Source of the DNA: an uncultured Actinomycetes bacterium
Lineage (GTDB): Bacteria > Actinomycetota > Thermoleophilia > Gaiellales > Gaiellaceae
Reading direction: 5' to 3'
NCBI GenBank assembly: GCA_963733135.1
Contig: CAVTBX010000005.1
Location: 77,450 to 141,449 of the forward strand
DNA: 64,000 nt
Below the pieces are notes generated by a model. It was not told the origin of the DNA. It did no database searches and saw only the letters and a list, made by a program, of their open reading frames with translations. Below are positions 51,251 through 60,300 of this stretch, piece after piece. Both the position numbers and the translations under genes were made by a program. Within the stretch, counting starts at the first letter, position 1; the number at the start of each line of letters is the position of its first letter.

Positions 51251-51808
51251 CTAAAGAGCTTCTTGACCGCTCTTGTAGGCGATCTGGAGGAAGTCGGCGA
51301 CCGCGACGGTGGCAAACACGCCGGCCGTGAGGCGAGCCGCGCGCGGCGCGAAGACGGACCCTGCCACGAACCCGGCCGCGAGCCACTGGTCGAGGCAGTA
51401 CGGGCAGGTGAGGAGCTCGCCGACGGCCCGGCGCGGGCCCCTTCCACGCGGGCGCTCCTCCACCTCGGCCGGGCCGCCCTTCTCCTCGTACTCGGTGAAG
51501 GGAGCACGAAGGGCCGCTGTGACCTTGTCCTTCGCGAGCAGGCGGCTCAGCTTGTGGGTGGCCACGCCGAACAGGGCGAGATCGCCGAGCGTGGGGGTAG
51601 GAAGCGTGCGCCCGGCCGCGCGCGCCAAGAGGAGCGCGCCGGCGAAGGTCGCACCGTACGCAACCATGAAAGCCGCATAGGAGCCGAGCGGCGCCTGCTC
51701 GTCGCCGTAGCGCTCCCTCTCCGTCGCGGCTGGCGTTTCTACGCCCACAGCTCGCCAAAGTACCGATCCCGGCGCCCTGGCGGCGACACCGTGACCCTTC
51801 CCGGTCAC
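51251..51808 (-). CDS. DUF1360 domain membrane protein
   Basis: THKLSRLLAKDKVTAALRAPFT and CPYCLDQW motifs are present. GTG start. Confidence 0.72.
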   Translation of the reverse strand: MTGKGHGVAARAPGSVLWRAVGVETPAATERERYGDEQAPLGSYAAFMVAYGATFAGALLLARAAGRTLPTPTLGDLALFGVATHKLSRLLAKDKVTAALRAPFTEYEEKGGPAEVEERPRGRGPRRAVGELLTCPYCLDQWLAAGFVAGSVFAPRAARLTAGVFATVAVADFLQIAYKSGQEAL

Positions 51809-51938
51809 CGGCGCCGTGAGCCCTCGGGGGTCGCGAGGTCACGGCAGAGCCTCTCGTCCGAGTGGGCGCTCAAGTGAGGGGAGCCGATCGCAATGGCGCC
51901 GGCGACCACGTTCGTCTCCGGCGGGGAATCCGGCCTCG

Positions 51939-52655
51939 CTACGGAGCGCCGAGCCAGGTGGTCGTGCTGGTTCCGACGTTGGCGTGGTAGACGGTGACCG
52001 GTTGCGGGGAGGTGCCCGCATACTCTTCGATCCCGACCCGCAGGTAGCGCGGATTGCCCGTCGTCGCGCCCGAGAGGCCCGTCAGCGTGATCTTGTCGAC
52101 GCCGTTCACACGCACGACCACTGAGTCGTTTCGAAGCGCCGACACCTCGACCCGAACCGCCGTGCCGTTGTTCGGCACCGTCGTGGCCGTCGACTGGTCG
52201 ATCGCAGCCGCCCCCAAGCCTCCCGCCGGGCTCTTCAGCCGCAGCAGCCGCGCCTGGTTCAGGAACAGCTCGTACACGACCTTGTTGTTCACATCCACGA
52301 CCTCGAACACGAACAGCTGACCCGCCAACGTCTGCCCCGGCTCGAACCGGAACACCGTCCGCGTGAACAAGCGCCCAGACACACCGGCCGGGCCGCCCAC
52401 ATCATCGATCGCCAACGCCGTGTCCACCTCGCTCGGCGCGCCCTGAATCGTCGCCTTCAGCTCAGGATCGTTCCAGACCAGCTGACAGCCACCACAACCC
52501 GCATCCGTCGTGAATGACTCATACGGGCCCATCCCGCCCCCGCCACCCGTGGGCGGAGTCGTCACGCTCACCCCAGCCGACTGCGCCGACTCATTCCCCG
52601 ACGTATCAACCGACGACACCTTGTACCACGACGTCGAATTGGCAGGCGCGCCGAC
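51939..52655 (-). pseudogene. Out-of-frame C-terminal module of the giant surface protein
   Basis: ORF 51939..52619 and its upstream extension (PANSTSWYKVSSVDTSGNESAQSAGVSVTTPPTGGGGGMGPYESF...) are a near copy of the preceding in-frame module. Two indels at 52641-52686 separate it from the main ORF. Confidence 0.65.
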
Positions 52656-54378
52656 GAGTCCGTGTACTGAGACGCAGACAACGCGGCCCGTTCAGCTTCG
52701 TATACGTCCCGCTCTGCGTCGCCGAGCGGAACACGTTGTACCCAGCCAGATCCGTCGCCGACACGTCACTCCAGTTCAGATCCACCGACGTCGAGCTCGT
52801 CGCAGTCCCAGCCAGACCGGCCGGAACACCAGGCGGAGTCGTATCCGTTGGAGCCGGCGTCGTCACACTCGCCGCAGTCGACTGCGTCGACTCATTCCCC
52901 GTCGTATCAACCGACGAGACCTTGTACCACGACGTCGCGTTCGCCGGGGCGCTCGAATCCGTGAACTGAGACGCAGACACCAGCGGGCCGTTCAGCTTCG
53001 TATACGTCCCGCTCTCAGTCGCCGACCGGAACACGTTGTACCCGGCCAGATCCGACGCCGACACATCGTTCCAGTTCAGGTTGACCGTCGTCGGGCCGCC
53101 CGCGCTCCCGCTCAGGCCGGCCGGAACACCAGGCGGAGTCGTGTCGGACCCACCGCCACCGGGAGCTCCGAGCCAGTCGGTTGTGCTGAACCCGACGTGG
53201 GCGTGGTAGACGGTGACCGGCTGGGCCGCGCTGCCGGCGAGCTCGTTGATCCCGACCCGCAGGTAGCGCGGGTTGCCGGTCGTCCCACCTGTGAGACCCG
53301 TCAGGTTCACCTTGTCGACGCCGTCCACGCGCACCACGACCGACGAGTTGCGGAGCGCCGACACTTCGATTCTGACCGCGTTGCCGTTGTTCGGCACCGT
53401 GACGCCCGTCGACTCGTTGATTGCGGTCGTCCGCAGACCGCCGGCCGGGCTGCTCAACCGAAGTACACGGTTCTGATTCAGGAATAGCTCATAGACGACC
53501 TTGCCGGTGACGTCGACGACCTCGAACACGAAGAGCTGACCGGTCAACGTCTGCCCGGGCTCGAACCGGAACATCGTGCGGGTGAAGATGCGGCCGGGAA
53601 GGCCTGTCGCGCCGCCGACATCGTCCGTAGCAAAGGCATCGTCGACGTTGCTGGAACCTCCCGCCACCGTCGCCTTCAGTTCGGGGTCGTTCCAAACGAG
53701 CTGGCAGCCACCGCAACCCGCATCGGTCGTGAACGACTCATACGGGCCCATCCCGCCCCCGCCACCCGTGGGCGGCGTCGTCACGCTCACCGCAGCCGAC
53801 TGGGCCGACTCGTTCCCGGTCGTATCGACGGAAGAGACCTTGTACCAAGAGGTAGTTCCTGCCGGGGCGGTCGCGTCCGTGTACTGCGACGGCGAGACCA
53901 GCGGCCCATTCAGCTTCGAATACGTGCCACCCTCAGTCGCCGAGCGGAACACGTTGTACCCAGCCAGATCAGCCGCCGACACGTCATTCCAGTTCAAATT
54001 CACCGTCGTCGGACCCGCCGCCGTCCCCGTCAAACCAGACGGCACGCCAGGCGGCGTCGTATCCGACGGAGCCGGCGTGGTGACGCTCGTCGCAGCCGAC
54101 TGCGCCGACTCATTCCCGGTCGTGTCGACCGACGAGACCTTGTACCACGACGTCGCGTTCGCAGGAGCGCTCGAGTCCGCGTACTGCGACGCAGACACCA
54201 GCGGCCCATTCACCTTCGTGTACGTGCCGTTCTGAGTCGCCGAGCGGTACACGTTGTACCCGGCCAGATCCGCCGCCGAGACATCGTTCCAGTTCAAATT
54301 CACCGTCGTCGGGCCACCAGCACTTCCGGTCAGACCAGACGGAACGCCAGGCGGGGTCGTGTCGGAGCCACCCGAGCT
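51939..54378 (-). repeat. Tandem duplication (~1.2 kb unit) of an FN3-FN3-beta-sandwich module at the 3' end of the giant gene
   Basis: Copy 1 is about 53166-54378 and copy 2 about 51939-53165. The encoded ~400-aa units are collinear and highly similar (SDTTPPGVP...WYKVSSVDTTGNES...GGGGGMGPYESFTTDAGCGGCQLVWNDPELKAT...). Confidence 0.85.
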
Positions 54379-57300
54379 CTCGGGGCGGAGGTTCTTGACG
54401 ATGTAGACGTTGTCGTTGTAGTCGTAGTTGATGCTGTCGCTGTCCATCGTCAGCAGGTACTGGTTCGGGATGATCACGCCGCTTCGGTTCTTCAAGGGCC
54501 AGAAGCGGACGTGATGGCCGCAGGGCTCGACGCAGCCCTTGGAGATGTCCACCGAGTGATCGTTGAGCGCAGGGTCGCTCCATTCGTCCTGGATCTCGAA
54601 GCCGAACGCTCCCGACGGGTTGAACGAAGCCGACGTCGTAGGTGCGCCTACGCCGAGCGGCAACACGCTCTGGCGATAGATACCGCGATGAGTCGCAAGG
54701 TTTGTGTTCCCCGAGACATTGCCCTTCGGCCACCAGGCGACCGTGGCCTGGCCGCCGCCGTGGTAGGCCGCGATCTGCCGCACGGTGACCGGTTGCGTGT
54801 TGTCCACCCGCACCCAGTACGGGGAGAGAACCTCGTCGCCGATCGCCTCGAGCCGGCCCTCGTTCGCGAGCTGCTGGCCCGGCCCGACGATGACGGTCTG
54901 GTAGCCGAACACATCCATGATCTCGACGAGGTCGGGCTCCTGCCCGCCCTCCGAGACGCTCTGCCAGAACCCTGAGAGCTCGACGACCTTCGACCCTTCG
55001 TCGGTGTCATTCGTCTCGATCGTGAGCGAGCCGTCGATGACGTTGCCGCTCTCGGCGATAAAGCGCACGTTCAGGGTCACCCCGGCGCCTGGCGCGAGGT
55101 TGAGCGGGAGCGTCGGAGGCGTGTCGAGCTGCCACGGACCGACGATGTTGAGCGCAGCGATCTGGAGCGTTTGCGTACCGACGTTGTTGACCCTGAGCTT
55201 GACGAGATCATGTACCGCGACCTCAGTCGGCGGAGCTGCCAGCGATCCGATCCGGTTGAACACGAGGCGATCGGCGAACGGCTCGCCGTCCTGGTTCACC
55301 AGGTCGATCTCGGCGCCGCTCGGCGGCGGGGTGACGACGCTGAAGCTCTGTTGCGCGGTCGTCGTCACGTTGCCGGCGCCGTCGATCGCGCGCGCGCGAA
55401 TCGTGTGCGAGCCCACGGAGGTGACGTCGAACGGCCCTGTGTAGTTCTGGTACGGGGAGCCGTCCAGGCTGTAGGCGGTGGTCGCGAGGCCGGAGCCGCC
55501 TTCGTCTGCGGCCGTGATCGTCACGGTCGCCTTGTTCTTGTAGACGCCAGGCGTGTCGCTCAGCCCGCTCAGCTGTACCGAGGCCGTCGGATTGGTCGTG
55601 TCCGGCCCGGTCGAGGTACCGGAGATGTCGACGTAGTTCAGCTTCGTGTTCGTGCCGCCGTTTGCGTCGACGGTCAGCCTGCCGTCCGCGACGGCGACGG
55701 TCACGGTCGCGCTCGCAAAGAGGTTCGAGGTCGTCGGCACGAAGTTGTTGATGGCGTTCACGCCCTCGACGTTGACCCGGTGGGTCGAATCCGTGAAGCC
55801 CGCGTCACCGACGCTCAAGGTGACCTGGTAGCTGCCGTTCGGCAGTGCGTATTCCCACGCGCCCTGGTTCCCGTTGGTTGCGCCCTGCATGAGGATCAGC
55901 GTGTCGAGCCGCTGATCGGTCACGAGGTTCCGCTCGCGGGTCGCGCTGGACATGTCCTTCGGCGTCGAGGTGCCCGGGGTGACCCAGCCGAAGCCGCGGG
56001 TCGCGTCGAAGCCGAGGCCGGCGTCCTTGGTGTAGCCGGCCGGAACGGTCGCTCCGTCGGTCTGGAAGTTGATCTTCGCCACGTTCCCGCTGAGGCCGCT
56101 GGCCGGCATGACGTTCGAGACCACGAAGACCGTGTCTTGGTAGTCGCTTCCGGCCGCTTCCTCGAAAGCGACGACGTACGTGTCCTCGATCGGCTGCCCG
56201 GCGCGGTTCTCGGCCGGGTACACGCGCACGGCGTGCGCGACCGGGCCGGTGTTGAGGCCGTCCTGCGTGAGGGTCTTCCGACCCGTCGCCGCGCTGTCGA
56301 CGTAGAGACCGAACGTCTGGGTTCCAGGGTCGAAGCTCGTCGAGCCGCCCGAAAGCGTCGGGTTCAGCGTGAAGTGCTGGCCAGCCGCGATCGTGGCGCG
56401 CTGCGTGAAGGTCGGGTCGGCGCCGCCGAGGGTGTACGACCCGAACGGCAGTGCCTCGTTGACCGAGTAGCGCGCAACCGGCTTGATCGTGACCGTTCCC
56501 GCTCCCGCCTTCTGGAAGAGCTGCGCGCGAACCTCGTCGCCGATCGGTGTCGCCCCGTTCCCGAGGACGAGACCGGTTCCGCCGACGTCGACCGGATGGC
56601 CGACCGTATCCACGATCTGCTTCAGAGGGGGCTCGTCGCCGGCGCCCTGCGCGTTCGTCGACAGGCCGAAGAGGCCCACGTCGAGGGTTCCCTCGTCGGC
56701 GTCGTTCGAGACGAGTCGGAGGGCGGCGGCAAGGGAGCCTGTGACCGCCGCCCCCGGTGCGAATGCAATGTTGAACGTCGCAGTCTCGGCAGGATCGAGA
56801 TCGACGGGAGGTGTCGGCCCCGTGTTCGTGAATGCGCCCGCGTTCGCTCCGGTGAGCGTCGAGCTCGAGATCGAGAGCGGCTCGTTGCCGACGTTCGTGA
56901 CGACGACACTCTGGGTCGGGCTCGTCGTGCCCTTGGCCGTGCTGAAGACGAGCTCACCAGGGGCGGCTGAGATCTCCGGCCCGTCCGCCTGCGCAGTCGC
57001 AGGCTTCACGTTCCGCGCAATGAAGACCACGTCCTGATAGTCGAAGCCGGCCGTGTGCTCCTCGGTCGCGACCACGTAGGCGTTCGGCACCGTGCCGCCG
57101 CCCGCGCTCTTCAACGGGTAGACGCGAACCTTGTGGCGATTCGCCGCCGTCGGCTCCCAGGTGTTGAACGTGTCCTGACCGAAGACGTCGCGGTCGGAGA
57201 AGAACGGCCAGGTGGAATAGAAGCTGAACGTGGTGGAGCCCGGATCGAAGGCGAGCGTGCCGGTCGTCGCCGGAGCAAGCGCCTGCGAGCCGGTGTTCGG

Positions 57301-60300
57301 CACGGTGAAGAGCTGCTGCTTCGCGGTCGGCGTACCCGACGGGTAGTGGCCGACGGCAACGGTCGTCCCGGAGGGGCCTCCCGGCCCGAACACCGCAAGC
57401 GGCTCGAGCGTGACGTTGCCGGCGGTCGCCTTCTCGAAGCGCTGGCTTGCGATCTCCTCGCCGAGGAGCGGGCTGGTTCCGAGGGTCGCGTTCGTCGGAT
57501 CGGTGTCGCCGACGTTCACCGGGATCTCCCAGGTGTCGAGGACCCACTGGAGCGAAGGCTCGAGGTCGCCGCCCGTCCCGGCCGTGCCGAGGCCGCGGAG
57601 TGTCACCGTCGCGTTCGGCGTATCCGGGTCGTTCGAGGCGATCTGGAGGGTCGCGCCCTTCGGCCCGGTCGAGGTCGGGTTGAAGACCAGCTGCACCTGC
57701 GCCGAGGCGCCGGCGGGAACCGTCGCAGGCAGCGAAGGCTGGTTCGTGATCTGGAACTGCGAGGCGTTGGCGCCGCCGAGGGTCAGCCCGGTGATCGTCA
57801 GCGCTGCGTTGCCGGTGTTCTGGATCGTGACCGTCTTCTCTGCGCTCGCGGCGCCGCCGGAGACGTCGTTGAAGATGTGCCTGGCGGGCGTCGGCGCCAC
57901 GTTCGGCGCCGTCACGCCGCCGCCGGTCGGGCGCAGGAGCGTGATCTTGTTCGCGGCGAACTCGGTCACGTAGAGGTAGCCGTTGGCCACGTTCTCGGTG
58001 ACGTCCAGCGGGTCGCTGAAACCTGTGAAGCCCGTGATGCCGGTCTGGGCGGCGACGATGTCGTTCGAGGGCCCGCCGGGTGTCAGGACGATGAGGTCGT
58101 CGCCCTGGCTGTAGCGGGTGACGATCAGCTTGCCCTGGAGGGCGCCACCGAAGGCGTTGCTCTTGTACTCGATGACCCCGTTCGGCGACTTGTTGTTCGC
58201 GAAGTCGTAGGCGAAGCCGCGCCAGTTGCGGTCGGGCAGCGTGCCGTCCGGGTACTGCGACACCTGGGCGGGATCGGTCCCGGCCGTCGGGTCACCGCCG
58301 TTCAGCACCCACTCGCAGCGCTGCGGGTTCGGGTGGCCGTAGTACCCGCCGTCGACGACCCGGAACAGGAAGTCGTTCTGGGTCGCACTGACGTTCCCGA
58401 TGCCGGCGACGGAGGGACCCGTGTAGTTGCCGTTCGCGGCCTTGTCGATGCGGTTCGAGCACGAGGCCGGGAGCGGGCTCGGGGTCGCCGGCGTCGCACC
58501 ACCGGCCGCGGATCCGTTCGTCGGCACGTAGACCTGGCCGTTCGAGTGCCAGACGTGGTCGTACGAGTTGCGGATGCCGCTGCCGAAGACGCGAACCGGC
58601 GCTCCGCTCGCGGTCGGGTCATAGGTGCCGCCGTCCTCCGTCTTGACGTCGAGCGGCGGCGAGGAGATGTCGTCGACATCGATCCGCAGCAGAGCCGCGC
58701 TCAGCGCGCGCTCGGGGCGGAGGCCCCAGGCGCTGTCGGGAGCGCCCATAGCCGTGTTCGAGCCCTGGTTCGCGTACAGCGCCCCGTCGGGACCGAAGGA
58801 GATGCTGTTCGTCAGGTGATCCCGGATCGAGCGCGGGAGGTTGACGACGTAGTCCTGATACGTGCCGAGATTCGGGCCGGAGAGCCGCGAGATCTTGCCG
58901 GCCCAGTCGGGCCCGTTGTTGAACGCGAAGAAGGTGTGGCTGACCCAGAGGATCAGGTTGTCCGCCGTCGAGCTCGGATCGAAGGCGACGCCGATCAGCA
59001 TGCGGTCGTTACCGCCATTCGAGGTCTTGACCGTGTTGATGATCTCCGCGGCACCCGTCGTGCCGTCCGGGTTCAGCGGGTACCGGCGAATCTCACCGTC
59101 GATCGTGGCCGCGTAGAGCTTCCCGTCCGGGCCCATCGTGAGGCTCGTGAAGGACTTGCCGGTCGAGTTCGGGAGCGCGACCTTCTCGAACGAGATGTCG
59201 CCCCCGCCGCCGCCGCCGCCCGAGCCGGTCGTGAACGTGCTCGAGAACGGGAGGAAGGCGGCCCCGCTCAGGTCTTTCACGCCGTCGGTCACGTCGAAGC
59301 GGTAGCTCGTGTTGATGCTGAGCGGTGACGCCGGCTGGAGCACGATGATGTCACCGCCGCCGCTCGTGTTCGTGTTGGCCGGGATCTGGACGCCGTCCGA
59401 GAGCCGCGTCAGCTTGACCGTCGACGAGGTGAGGGTCGCAGGATCGACGCCCTGACCCACGTTCGGCAGGTTGACCGTCGCCGCCACACCGGAGTCGACC
59501 GTGACGCCGGTGGCGCCGTTGGCCGGAGTCACGCCCGTGACCGAGGGACGGTTCGCGATGTCCGTCGACGCGATGTCGACGTAGTGGACCTTCGAGTTCG
59601 TCCCGCCGCTCGCGTCGAGGGTCAGCCGCCCGTCCGAGACGGTGACCGTCTTCGTCGCGCTCGTGCTACGGGTCGCCGACCCGGCCGCGCCGCTCGGGAC
59701 GAAGTTTGTGATCGCCGAATTGCCCTCGATGTTGATCGTGTGGCTCTCGGGATCCGCGCCGACGGAGGGATCGCCGGCCGCCACGGTGACCTGGTACGCG
59801 CCGTTCGGGACGGCGATCTCCCACGAGCCCGGCAGCGGCGTGCCGTTGAACGTGCCCGAGATGTTGTTGGCCTGCATGTGCATCAGCGTGTCGAGGCGCT
59901 GATCGGCAACGAGGTTCCGGTCGCGGCCGTTTCCGGGCGTCGAGCCGCCGACCGAGAGATCGCGCGGCGTGCTCGTGCCCGGGACAACCCAGCCGTACGT
60001 GAGCCCGGTTCCCTGGTTCGCGAGCGTTCGCGGGCCGTACGGCTCACCGAAGTCGCGTACGTATCCGGTCGGAACGGCCGCCGCCGCGCTCTGGAAGTTG
60101 ACCTTCAAGTCGACGGACGTGTCGTCGGGCTCGGGCGTCGCGCTCACGGATGCGGAGTCGGCCTCGTTCCCACTCGTGTCGACCGCCTGGACCACGTAGT
60201 GGTAGGTCGTGCCGTTCACGGCCGTCGAGTCGACGTAGGAGGTTCCGGTCAGGAGCGACCCTCCGTTCAGCGGCGTGCCACTCGTGTCGACGGGGCTGCT

